A stretch of 64,000 bases of DNA from Antedon mediterranea. Lineage: Eukaryota; Animalia; Echinodermata. Where the stretch lies: assembly GCF_964355755.1 (NCBI RefSeq), contig NC_092680.1:20221045-20285044 (forward strand), written 5' to 3'. Made by a program: the position numbers and the translations under genes. A model generated the notes under the pieces. That model had not been told where the DNA came from. It ran no database searches and worked only from the letters and a program-made list of their open reading frames with translations. Positions 46,277 through 62,911 of the stretch are shown in pieces. Numbering within the stretch: the first letter of the stretch is position 1; each line of letters starts with the position of its first letter.

Positions 46277-48845
46277 GTTTTAGGTTGCTAACTTTAGAGT
46301 TTTCAAATTTAATGTAAATTTATTCCATTAGTTTAAAAACAATATTGTGAAGAACCGGGCTAATGTAATCACAGGAAAAAGGTTATGAATTATTTGTGAA
46401 AACAGTGCTATATTTGATTTAGTCATCTCTTGGAGCATTACAAATTTTGCCATCTAATTTGGCATAACACATTTTAATTATGAAGCTATTAAATTGTTTT
46501 CTTAATAAATTATCTTTTGCGGATTAATTTTTGAGAATATAAATCAATTGCGAAATATTTAGCACATTTGTTGACACTTTACATGAAATCAATTAACAAA
46601 ATATCTACTTGATAAATTATGTATACCAACTCATCTTATGAAAAAAAAAGTAACAACAATATTTTTCCTGGGAAAAGTTGTTTTTTTATCAATGGATCAC
46701 TAAAATTTAAAATTTTTCACTTTTGTGATGTGGATATTTTAAGAAAAAAAACTATTAATTGATTTTTATAAGATTGAAATACAATGGCTATAAATAAATG
46801 TAAATAAGTCAACATTGCTATAATGTTATAGATACATAGTGACCTTTAACCTTTAACCTTTGTTGTAGTTATGTTAGTTGTATTTGTTACCACGTCAACT
46901 ACTACTATGTAATAATGGTACGGTTACCTTAATACTTTAGTAGCAAATATTCGCCATGTAAATATAGTAGCTATAAATATTCATTTTGTGTAATTTACAT
47001 AATTAAATATTCAACAGTTTGTAGATATGGGTGTGTTTTCAGTGGTAGTCAAAAACAGTCATTCCATAGATAAATTCCTCATTTTTTGTTTGTGTTTTCA
47101 AATTAAAATACGACATACTTTAGAACTGAACTAATGGAGTAGAAATGTTAATTGTAATTCAGTATATTTATTTAAAATTACTAGTTTTTTTTTTAAATGT
47201 TTAACTATGTATCGAAGTAAAGTATGTATTGTATGGTTGAAATGTTTGTAATTTCATGATGTATCTGTTTTTTTTTATGTACATACAAAGAATTTGTTAA
47301 CTATATTATACTATCTAGTTAAAAGCCTAATAGATTGTAATTGTTTTGTTTAAATTTGAAAATACTGAATTACATAAGTTGATTGTTAAAGAAATATATA
47401 GTTAACTGTCTGTATTGTTTTTATAAATTGTACAAAATTCATTTTGTTTACATTTACAGAAGATAGATGACATAAGTTTGTAATTTTAAAATTTTTGTTT
47501 CATATTTCAATTTGGCTTTTGAATTTTGTTGGTGCTTACAATTTTATTAACATATTGTTTAGTTTAAAAATGACAAAATATGCTATTAAATATTCCCTTT
47601 TATCTTTGTGAGGGTAACCTAACTTACTTGTTATTAGAACACAAATAGTATTAGTAAATACAGTTTTTATTTATTGAAATTATGATTACTTCATTCATTC
47701 TGAATTCAATGTAGTGTTTGCCGAATTGTGTAAGAACTTTTCAACGAGTTTAGTGGAATATTTGTTGAGTTTCGAAGGTTTCCCCTTAATAGTGGTTCTA
47801 CTATATGCTAGTGGTACATCTGCATCAAGTCTATATTACACTATGGGCGTTGTGCATTGAAGTGGACATGTGCAATATTTTAACTTTTTATTCAGGATTG
47901 TTTTTGTTTATCTTGAACATTAGATGATAATTACATTAGTAGTTTATGTGATGAATGTAAAAATACAAGCCATAAAAATACATTCAGAAAATAATGTTTT
48001 AAGCTTGAAAATAATGTAAAACATTTGATAATTGCAAAGTAGCCTAATTAAAAGAAGGGGAATGTTAAAATGGTTGTTTAATTGTATTATTATTTATTTT
48101 TGTGCTAAAATAATGTCTAATGTGGAATTCTCCTTATCACATAAGAAACCCCATAATGCATTGCTTCAGCTCGTCAAAACCAGACACCCTAATATATCAA
48201 GGTTTTCGGGAATGATGGCATTCTGAATGTGGTTTTAAATGTGAAAAATAGTGAATAAAGCTACCAAGGTATAGATATGTATAAATGAATTTAGGACCTT
48301 TTTTGACGTCATGAAAAGTCCTGTTTTCATAGAGTCTGGTATTAGTAGAGTTGACTGATCATATGCCAATATGGTATAATATACATAATGGACTGGGAAC
48401 AATACAGTAACCAATATTACAGTATCACTGTATAGAGAGTTGATTCCATTTTTACTGTTGAGCTTGATAAGTTCCTTAGTAATTTTATGAATTCTAAAAC
48501 TCAAACATTTTCTACTCGCTCTAGATCATGTATCATTAATGTAATTACAGAAAAAAAAGTTAAATTCTTGATATATTGTTTTTGTTTTACTTACATTATT
48601 TTGCCGGAGGTTTTTCAGATTTTGTGAAGGATTTGTTGTTGTTTAAAGTAAGTATAGGTTGTATTATGTATAGGTAGATCATTGTCAACGATGATTAGGA
48701 AGAGTAGCTCTTGATAATGTTTGAAAAACTTAAATATTGTAATCTGTTTATTCGATTCGATTAATGTGTATTTTGTAAAGAAAAATAATTGACTAGATTT
48801 AGGTGATTTTTTAACTTTTTTTTTTAGAGTAATGATTACATCTGA

Positions 48846-48990
48846 AGCTCTGTCTACACACTGTCAAACTATAGTTTGATGTGCCCAAATATGGTAGTGA
48901 TATACCTTCATATGGTAGCGATATGACATCATCATATATGGGAACATCACATTTTTGTGTCAAATAAAGTTTGATAGTGTATACAGAGCT
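48846..48990. mobile_element. MITE family A
   Basis: agctctgtctacac...aagtttgatagtgtatacagagct. Confidence 0.9.
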
Positions 48991-50233
48991 TTAGTGGGTT
49001 TATACACCATAATTAAATATTCATTATTGTGATGTTTAATATGTTGCCAAGAAGAGTCAACACACCACCATTGCTATAATCCTTTCTATTTCTTTATGTA
49101 TGAGTGTAACAGCATTTATTAAATGTTCAAATGTCACTTATGTGAGAAAATAATTATAAGAAAGCCTCCAGTCTTTTAATTTTGTGTTTGACCAGTGGTT
49201 TAAAAGGCAACAATAAACAAGAATAAATGGATGTTAACTCACCTGGAGTGTGGGGGGACGTTGTATAGGAGCAAAAGTAAAATATAGATAGGCAAGTCAG
49301 AATTAACAGGCACCTGGTTATCTGTACTATATCTTTACATAGAATTCTCTGCAAGGCAAATTCTGTAATACAGAGTGTCAAATGTGATGCCTATACAGCA
49401 TATGCTTATAACATGTTACAGGCATCACATGTGATACATATGTGACACTATATTACAGAATTTTCCTATGTACAAATTATAGATACAGTACTGAGTTGTT
49501 CAAGGCTACCTTTGAGTCTAGCCAAGAAAATCTAAATATTCTGCATATGCATGTAAGGAAAACTTGCCATCATAGTCATGAAACGCATTTTTTCTTCATG
49601 TATCAACTTCATTAAAAAAAAGCGTATGAAACTGGGTAATCCAGTAGTGCAGGAAAAAAAAATGATTGGTAAGCATTTCTTTTAAAGACACATCTTAACT
49701 GTCTAGAGGCCTACATCTAGACCAAAAGTCAATACTGGGACTATACCCAGGGATATGCCTTTTTGTGAAGTCAGACATATTTAAAGTAGGGGGTGGGATT
49801 ACACCAGAAGTGGGATTATACCTGAGGATATATTACATATATATTATATTAAAAAATAAAAAGCTGAGATTTTTCACAGATAGCATTTAATACAATAAAC
49901 ATGATTGCAATCATAATAAGTAAACATTTTCAATATATTTATATTTGTTATCAAGAAGAACAATATAAAAGAAAAGTAAATTAATATTAGTTTTAGAAAT
50001 TCAATAATTAATATCGCTCCAAAATTCATTCATTTTCCATCCATCAACATTAGTTTAATAGTAAACGTCATATAACATTTTAGCTCTGAAAATACTGTAC
50101 ATAACAACAGGCAAATATAAAAAAAATATAAAGAAACTATTTTGGAAAATCATAAGGTAGCAGATAGTCTGGCTTACATTCACAGCCGCCAATATTTTAT
50201 TAACACAAATAACCAAGTAAATAATCAATCTTA

Positions 50234-50371
50234 AGCTCTGTCTACACTATCAAATTAGTTTTACAAAAAAGTGTCATGTGCCCAAATATGGTAGTGATAT
50301 GACATCATCATGTCTATATATTGGCACATCACATTTGTTGTCACATAAAGTTTGATAGTGTAGACAGAGCT
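50234..50371. mobile_element. MITE family A
   Basis: Perfect 22-bp TIRs agctctgtctacactatcaaa(t).. and ..tttgatagtgtagacagagct (21 bp exact). Confidence 0.9.
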
Positions 50372-52829
50372 TAAGACAGAGTGTGCAATATGAGGCTGCT
50401 ATAAGACATAGATAAGCAACAACGAACCAAATTATTTAAATTGATCATGTGACCAGGTATATTTATTAAATAATTTTTAAATACAATTCTTTGATTGTCA
50501 ATAAAAATAACCAACAACATGTTACACAGTACTACTGTATGCTACTGTGCATTTTCACAAATATTAATCAAATTTAACATTTAACAAGTCATGATTACTT
50601 TATTTTTATGATCAAATCTGATAATTATTACTCAGATTCATGGTAGCCTTCAAACGTTTGTAAAGTAAATGTACCAACTTTTTAGAAAGTGAAGTTCACA
50701 TCGCTGATTATAAGTTGTAATGCTATTTATTTAGATGAAGCACCTTGACATCCAGTCTAGGTTCTAGACGGCGATTTAGTTTAATATTCCTTAAAAAACA
50801 TAATGGCGTGTCATAACTATACTTGACCTTCAAGAAGAAAACAGAACAAAAGACACGATACACTTGAAACGTCCTAACGTTTACAAATTCTTTAATAAGT
50901 GATTATTATACCATTTAAGGGCTGGGGCAGTAATTATCAATCATATTTAGCAACAAAAAATCCACTTTCCTTATCTTAAATTGTCTTGCATCTAAGATAA
51001 CAAACCATTGCTTAAATTTCCAGTCAATATAACAGTATATCAGACTTAAAATAATTTATAAGTACAGTAGAAACAATATTGCTTCAAACATCATAGTAAA
51101 TATGTGATATGTACATTTCTATATTACATAATTACCTTTTTATACAGTTTAACAGTTTATCAGTTTATACTGCCTAGCAGTAAAGCCTAGCAATTTAAAT
51201 ATAAGCATTCTCATATTATTGAGTGTAGAGGTACAATCCGCAGATTCAAAACCACCCTACAAGTCACTGCAAAATGCTGTGATATGACATGTACCCTGTT
51301 GACATAATGAAAATCGTCATCTAATACCCAATTCAAACATGCAAAAATCTTACAAAATGGAACTTATTGCGACAAATTGTTTTCTTGGTATGAGTATGTG
51401 AAAACATATTATCTTCGCTGTAACACAGCGGTGTTTTCACAAATACGCATATCATTCTATTGAGTATTTTACACACCGTTTACATTATACTATGTTAAAC
51501 GAGCATGTGAAAGCGAGATTAGCACGACAGATATACATGGTACATTTTTTAAGTTTGTACTGTATGCGTGAATTGGGTAAAAGCGCTTAGTAAAAGGTTT
51601 TTTTTAGTATTATATCTGAACATTGTTAATGGTGGGTAGTGTGTTTAGTTATTAATTATTATTACTTTGAGTATGAAACGTTAAACAATAAATATTACAG
51701 AATTTTTATTGTAAATACTTAAATAAACTCAAATAAATATTCTTTACCGTCTTTACCAAAATTAAATCCCAAGCCACTTAACCTGTGATAAATGGGACAT
51801 TTTTAGTAAAGCTTTATTCCCACATAAGATATACATATATGAAACACAAAAGTAATTTAATGCAACACAAAAGTAATTTGACCAATCACAGTGGATCGAA
51901 TATCTGAATTGTTGCTTATGATTGGTCAACTCACTTGCGTTGTGCCTACATCCAAGTGAAAACCAAGTTTTAGCTGAAGAATCTTAAAATAAACGGCAAA
52001 AGCTTTTTGACTGTTCTTAAACTTGACCAGCTAATTCTCGATAACCGAGCAAGCAAATTTAATTTTACCGTGATCATCTGTGATATTGACTCTTCCCTTC
52101 TCTTGTTATGGTATTTATATTTTAACAACATTTCCAACACTAAAATCTTTTGTGCAAAAATGTTCTCTTGTTTAAAGAACATTCTCTTCTGAAATATCTG
52201 TTCATAATATTCTATAAATTACACTAACTTTATATTTTACAATTTATACAGTTTTAGTCTTCAAAAATTACTTTCTATTCGGAAGTTTCAGAAGCTTCTG
52301 GAAAAGTTAGAGAAAATGTTCTCAAACGATATGTTGTGCAGAAGTCTCCTTAAACATGTGGTATCTTGAGGATGACCCAGAAACTCCTGAACCATGGAGG
52401 AAAAAAAATCTGCCATGCCATGTTCCTGGACAAACTCTGAAAAAAGAAGCTCAAATCCTCTTACAACAAAACAACCTCCTCAAATGTACCACAATCAATC
52501 TTAATTTTACTATTTATATTTAAGAACTGGATGGCTGTTAAACTGGTGTAATAATGTCACCATATTGTTATTAGTTTTCAATGTATATGATGCCAATTCT
52601 CTGTACTACCTTATCTATAATTTGTCCAGTATCATAGGACATAAACCTAATCTTAACATAGTACAGGCATAATATATGATACATGTGATGATACTGTATA
52701 TATTACACAATTTGCCTATGGTAGAGGAGAGATAAAGTACAGAGAATTGTGTATACAAAATGAAGTTCATCTCACTAAATAGCCACTACTGAAATGCTGC
52801 GGCTAACTTGTGCAATTTATCTCACCTTC

Positions 52830-56452
<3,623 letters not shown>

Positions 56453-56504
56453 CTAAAAAATAACAAATTTATAAAAATCTTCATAAAAATATTTTCTTTT
56501 GCAT

Positions 56505-56576
56505 AGCGTGTCCATATATGGGCATCATGTCCATATATGGGCACATCAAACTTGTTTTGATAGTGTAGACAGAGCT
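56505..56576. mobile_element. MITE family A fragment near the PCMTD acceptor
   Basis: tgtccatatatgggca twice, then tttgatagtgtagacagagct|TTA. Confidence 0.85.
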
Positions 56577-57951
56577 TTAGAGAATAAAGGACAAAGTTAC
56601 CTCTCTCACTTTCAATGCCTGTGTTAAGGATGGCAATGTCTTTTGTTATGTCACAATCAATGTTAAACCTGTAACTTGGGATGATCACAAATGGAGTATT
56701 CAGGTTTAGTGTTTTAACTTGGTAAGTTGGTGACCTACCAGCTAAAGTGTTAGTATACTTATTCCAAAGCCAACTTGCTAGGAGTATGTAACTAAGCATA
56801 AACACAAAAAAAGACATAATAAAGTACCGTATCCTCTGGTATATAATCCCACCCCTAGAACACGAAATTGGGACAACAACAACTTCACAGTACAGTAGTT
56901 TGAAGGAATTGTTTAAAGTATGAACACATGTTGACTAATTATGTTGAAAATGAGACAGTTTGTATAATGTAATTATTCGCTCTGTGGCTTCCTCATTATA
57001 TTACAATGCACATATGCAAATTTGCAGGTCAATAATTTAATAAATTAATATCTGGGATATCATTAAATTAATCATTTAAAATTCTGTATATTATTCATTG
57101 GAAAATTATGGATTTTCAAAAAAGTAATTAATGTGAACATATACAATTATCCTCGCAATTAGGAAAATAATTCATTTGTCCTCAAAATAAAATGTTATTT
57201 ATTAGGAGTAGAAACAGTCAACCCCTGCCTTTTCATTGATTTTTATCTAGAACTTTTTAATTAAGTACAGTATGTTGCAATAAGCAGAATGACAACAAGA
57301 TGCATTATTGATTAACTAAACATTTTTAGAATATTTATAAGCCACTTTAGAGACTTTAAACTATTATTAAAATATACAAATTGTACTGTATTTGACAAAA
57401 TGGTTTTTTTGGTTGATTAAAATAAAAAAGCTCAGGCATGCCAATTTTCACAGTCTGATCGGCCAGTTGGCATCCATTAGTGGTGGGATTTACTCTCCAT
57501 TTGACTACGAGGAACATAAAGGATTTCATTTGGGTAAATTAATTTCAAATACAGTCCCAGAGAGATAACTACAATTTTTACATCATCATTTTTAATAATT
57601 CATTTATTAATGAATGAAAATAGTATTTATTTAAAATCATATATTAGGCTAGATTTAATGCACATTAAACAATAATAGTAATACATAGACTAAAGACTAA
57701 AGTATTAACAAGTATATTTTGATTAAAACGTTTATTTTGTTAAATTTTTTAGCACCCAGATGTTTACGTCATTTTTGTTGCGTTACATCTCTCTGGTTCT
57801 CTCTGCATCATCACATGCAACCAGCTGACGATTGCAAAACAATAACATTCCAATCATCTAAAAAACTCTAGTATTAAAACACAACCATTAGTTCATAATT
57901 TCGCAATTAAATCCAATTGAAAGAAAACAAAACGAATCTTAGATACTTTAC

Positions 57952-58230
57952 CTTCAATGTTGTTGCCAATGTGTTACAAATAAACTGTTAAATGTACCTG
58001 AATTTGCGTGTTTTTCTATCAAAACATTTCTAGTGCGACGAAGAAGGTCACCTTCGTCATGCTAAATGTGAAGTAGGTACTGTAATCAGCTAGCAAAATG
58101 ACGTCATTTCAGCCAGGGACATCAACATTACATTGTATTGTGGGATACGTTATAAGTGAAAAGTAATGACCTCTTTAAAGCTAAGGTCAATGAAATTGAC
58201 GAGGCGCGTGACGTGAGATAAAAGGTGGGA
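57952..58230 (-). promoter_or_regulatory. Candidate PCMTD 5'UTR exon and promoter
   Basis: Minus-strand donor AAG|GTAAAG at 57952/57951, perfect CRE TGACGTCA at 58099-58106, GTGACGTG at ~58208, and local CpG enrichment. The coding exon acceptor is only 3 nt upstream of the ATG, so a non-coding first exon is implied. Confidence 0.5.
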
Positions 58231-59064
58231 GTTTTAAAATCAAAATCTAATAAGTGAGCGAAACACAGTGTTTAAATAAAGAAATACACAGGTTTAGTAA
58301 CACTAGATATAGTCTAGGTGTTCCCTAAAATAGTTTTATTCATATTTTCTTATATTGTAATGTAAAAAAATATACTACCTAGGCCTAGGCCTAGGTAGGA
58401 GGCCAGGCTAGGTAGCTAGGCTAGACTGCAGGGAATGATGGAGTAGTGGTGTCCTTGCTTGCTGCGCTTCTTGATGATCTCTTTGCTTTGAGCTAGGCCT
58501 AGGAATAGTATAAGGATCAGGTGCCGTTTGTAAACGTATGTACAGAACTAACCAAGCAACATCTTAAAATTCATCATGGCCTGGGCACATACATACATTA
58601 CATAAACTCGTAAACATTTTGTTTTTTTCCAGAAAAAAACTTTAAAGGTATAGGGGGCGCTACATAGGTTTTTGTTGTATAATATAGCAGATGAATACTC
58701 AGACTGTTCTTATTATTAAATTTTAGAATGCAATGCATTATCCATTAACTTATTCATGAATTTTGTAGGAGTTTAGGACCACTATTCTAACTATATCATT
58801 CAATACTCTGTTCATAATTGATACTAAAAATCACTTTTTTACTTTAGAATTGAATTTGAACTTTTTTTTTATAAAATATTATACAGGCCTACATGGTAAA
58901 TTTAAATGATAGTATGTTAAGTTTATTGATGTAGTTTATATACTGATTTCACAACTAAAATCAGTAGACGTGTTACTGGAAATTGTAATAATTGAAAAAA
59001 TGCATCTACAGTACAGTATAATCTTGTTGATTAAAGGTATAGAGTACATTGTACATCTTGTAAC

Positions 59065-59284
59065 TTTATTTGTATTTTTGTATTTTGTATTAATATTTGT
59101 CCTCAGTGAGGAAATTCGGATTAGGCCCTCCACGGACCCACGGCAGCCAGCAGTGCAGCGCCTACCAGATTAGGCAATGAGAGTAAAGCATCTTGCCTAA
59201 GGATGCAATTAGTATGGTACAGATAACCTCGAACCCATGCCTATCACATGCTAGTCCGATATTACCATTACACCATCACTCTCC
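59065..59284 (-). mobile_element. tRNA-derived SINE body
   Basis: Minus strand: A box TGGTGTAATGG (59265-75), B box GGTTCGAGG (59227-35), central CCTTAGGCAAGATGCTTTAC, 3' hairpin TCCTC-act-GAGGA and a tail of ATACAAA(A) repeats. Confidence 0.7.
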
Positions 59285-59285
59285 A

Positions 59286-59409
59286 GTATATACAGCACCC
59301 GCCACGATTTCTAGACGGTCTCCCATCCAGAACGCAACCGGGCCCAACGTTGCTTAACTTCGGTGATCTGACGAGAACCGGTGTTTCAACGCAGTATGGC
59401 CGTATATAC
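59286..59409 (-). ncRNA. Full-length diverged 5S rRNA-like sequence (pseudogene or SINE head)
   Basis: Minus strand TACGGCCATACTGCGTTGAAACACCGGTTCTCGTCAGATCACCGAAGTTAAGCAACGTTGGGCCCGGTT...GGATGGGAGACCG...GGGTGCTGTA follows the metazoan 5S consensus. There is no poly-T terminator and it is single copy in this window. Confidence 0.88.
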
Positions 59410-60358
59410 ATCTATGTACATCTATTTGCCGATTTGCGAAAACCAGCCCTATAATTTTTTTTTAAATGACTTTCTACTTTCTAATGTGTGAAAATTGATT
59501 GTGATGAGGGAAAACAAATTAGCAATAAGTGAATGTCCTAACAGAGAAATATTGTGAATCTTTTTAAAATATTTCCATTTTTCTATGCTTTTGCTTTATC
59601 CCTTGTTATTTCATTTGCCATTTTCGTTATTCTAATTATTAAAATTTAAATAATCATTGTGGAACGCATATGTGTTTCAACCATTTTTAGATGGACTCGC
59701 CATTTATAAGAGTGTATCGGAAATTTACAATATTAGATGTTCCGTAAATCATTTTGAAACAAACAATAAGTGCTATATGTTGGTAGACATTTAAAAAAAT
59801 GTTTTATTTTTGTTAAAATTTTGTTTAGCAGTTTTGTTTAATTGATTTTATCTCAATTAATAATAAATATTTTCTGGGAAGAGTGAATGTTTTGGTTGTT
59901 TCATTTTTGTTTTGTGCTTTAATAAGTTGAAGAACACCTTGTGGGTGACAGTCACACAAGCTTTCACGATGTCAAAATAAATTATTTATCCCTGGTGTAT
60001 TATAGTATTTGATTGTTTTCCATGGCATTGCATGTAAATTGTAATACAGTATATGATATCTTAAACATTTCAAAGCAGCTAATTAAGTATAAGTTATCTA
60101 AGAATTCATATTAAGTTTTATTTTATAATAGAAATTATGCTTTATGTATCAAATAATTTTGAGTGCTGGTTCAGACTAGTTAGGTACCATTCATCCATTC
60201 ATTTGATTGTTTATCATATTCAAAAAATTCTTGGTTTTATATTTATACAATTAAGCCTTATTATGAAAAATATATTACAATATGATTTTAAAATTATTTG
60301 AAATTGCAAGAAATTCAAAATATGTTAACATAGAGTCTTTTTTTTTGAACGGCTACAA

Positions 60359-60417
60359 TTGATATGAAATAAAGTCAACAACAAATAATTGTTGTTGTTG
60401 ACTTTATTTCATATCAA
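60359..60417. repeat. Perfect hairpin with 26-bp arms and a 7-nt loop
   Basis: TTGATATGAAATAAAGTCAACAACAA-ataattg-TTGTTGTTGACTTTATTTCATATCAA. Confidence 0.92.
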
Positions 60418-61930
60418 CACATGATCTTTGTTACTGCCCAGTCCTTGTGTTGTTAATGACAGAATATAATAGTAATCTTCTCATTCTTGTTTGATTATAT
60501 TGACTAATTAATTTCATGTACATAAATATTCATATTTTTGGTGTTTTTAATATATTTATATCAGTCCCTATCTTTTTACTATTCTGTGTCACCAAGGTCA
60601 AATAAATGTTAGGGATCTCCTTAGAAATTTTCCCTCCAGTGAAAAGCGATCACAGTGTGAATAATGAATGTACATTGACTGAGGACCTGGCTATTGAATT
60701 TATTATTGAGCAGCAGTTGCAACAAGAAAATAAAACATTATTCCATAAATATTGGTATAAAGGAGTGGTTGCTTAATGATTGAACCAGCTCATAATTATG
60801 AGAACAAAAAGAAAAAGCAATCATATAGGTTAATATTAATTAGTAAAGGCCAGACCAATCATTATGGTAAAAACCACAAAATATTTCCCACATTTTTATT
60901 TTTGGGTTTTTTTTAAAGAAAATAAAACAGCAATATTAAATTCTAATTCACTATAAATATTTAGCTGTAGTTAACTTTAAATCTGGAAATAATGTCTGCT
61001 ATACAAATATTATTATGGCGTTTTAAAAAGTTACTAAAATAATTAACCATGCACCTACTACTAGTATAATAAATTGTATCAAAGTAGAAGATTTCTATAT
61101 GTTATTCTACAGTTCCCCTCCCTCTTCTTCTATTCTACTTTTTCCCTTACTTACAGACATACAGTTGTGTAGGCCCAAAAATAGTATCATTTGTTAAGCT
61201 TCAGGTAGGCCTTTTGTTTGGTATTCCAACATCTTTAAGTTTCTGAATTAAATATATTTTCCGTCTCTATCGACAACATTATAGTTAAATCATATTTCCT
61301 TACCAAGTTAATCTTCCTCTTGTCATTGTTCTTTTTGTTATAATAAACCGACACTGCCATATAATTAATTTTTTGATTATTAAAAAATTATTTAAAGGGG
61401 TCAGTTATAGTCATCATTTTACATTGATTAAAATTTTACAAAAAATGACATTGTAGTCACTCAATGTAAACTGTTTGAATTTATTTTATCTGTTTGAATT
61501 AAAAAGTTATTTGCCAGGGGGTTAGGCCGGGTTATAGAATGAACACTATCAGGTGGGTTGCCCCACAATATTCAGGCCTACTACATTCACAACAATTTAA
61601 ATTTGTTTACAAAAGCTGATCATTCATTAGTATGTAATTGTTGAAATAGGTGAGTCTATTCAATGGCATATGATGCGAAATCAACCAACAAAAATGGCAA
61701 GCAGATAAATTTAAGTGTTTTATTCCTTTTCACTTTCATTCCTAAATTTCATTGCTTCAATCCCAGTTTGATTAATTCAAAAAAATTGTTTTTTTTTATT
61801 TACAGACTGTGTAACTTTCAGCAAACAAACTTGCTTATTGTGACTAGTAATCGATCGGGTTAGCAAAGGGTCAACTGGCATGAAGGCCTAAGTACCAGAC
61901 ATGTAGTGGTGTTGTTTGTGTTCTTATATT

Positions 61931-62087
61931 CTGTCTACTATTAAACTGTATGTGACAAAAAAATGGGATATGCCCATATATGATGATGTCATATATCTAC
62001 TATATTTGGGCATATCACTACCACCATATTTGGGCACATCACTACCATAGCACATAACACTTTTTAACTAGTTTGATAGTGACAGCT
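61931..62087. mobile_element. MITE family A, degenerate
   Basis: ctgtctactattaaact...ccatatttgggcacatc...aactagtttgatagtgacagct. Confidence 0.8.
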
Positions 62088-62641
62088 TTACAAGAAGATG
62101 GTTTACTGGCTTTGTCCTTCAGATGAAACATTAAGATGGATGGTACTTGTAGGCATGTTTAAAACACCATGCCCTAACTTTTGTTTCGTTTCTTTTATGA
62201 AATTCATAACAAACACATATAGAGAACATTTAAAAAAAAAACACAAAATCACTTTCCATGAAAGTAATTTTTTTTTAAATTTTGAAAGTAATCTGTACGC
62301 TGTAGTCTTTAAAGTGTTCAATTCCATCTTAAATGAATTTTAGATCAATGTATTGCAATTACATTTTATAGAAAATATGTTTAAAAAATACTTTTACAGT
62401 AATTATATCACTTAAATTTGGTTAAAAATTGTAAAATTGCATCAGCGTTAGATTAGGTATGTTTATTTTGAATTATTTGAATGTTTGAGTTGAATTTTAG
62501 TAATTAAGAAATTGTTGATTAATGTGCTCTATTGAATGTTATAATACTTTTCTAATTTTTAATGATACTCTATCTTTCTGAATTATGAATCTCATACTCT
62601 GAGAGAGGTCGACATATAAATGAAATTAATCAAGAAGCTTA

Positions 62642-62911
62642 AGCTCTGTCTTCACTATCGAATTTTATGTGACAAAAAAGTGCAATGTGCCCATATATAA
62701 TAATAATAATAATACCACATTTATATAGCGCCCTTTTCATGAGTAATCATGCTCAAAGGCGCTTTACAAGCATTATTACCCCAGTATTTTTTGGGATCAA
62801 ACACGTATGGAAACATACTCCCATAATGCAGCCGGACATGATGCATATGGACATGATGATGTCATATCACTACCATATGATATGTGTGCATATTACTTCC
62901 ATATTTGGGCA
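62642..62911. mobile_element. MITE family A carrying a nested retroposon tail
   Basis: agctctgtcttcactatc...gtgcccatatat [insert] catatggacatgatgatgtcatatcactacc. Confidence 0.85.
62697..62833 (-). mobile_element. 5'-truncated L2-type LINE/SINE 3' tail
   Basis: Minus strand TGTAAAGCGCCTTTGAGCATG...AAAAGGGCGCTATATAAAT...(TAT)n, resembling the L2-clade 3' stem-loop plus microsatellite tail. Confidence 0.7.

Noticed and set aside
59286-59409. Functional 5S rRNA gene
   Set aside because: Not in a tandem array, diverged around the internal control region, and lacking an oligo-T terminator.
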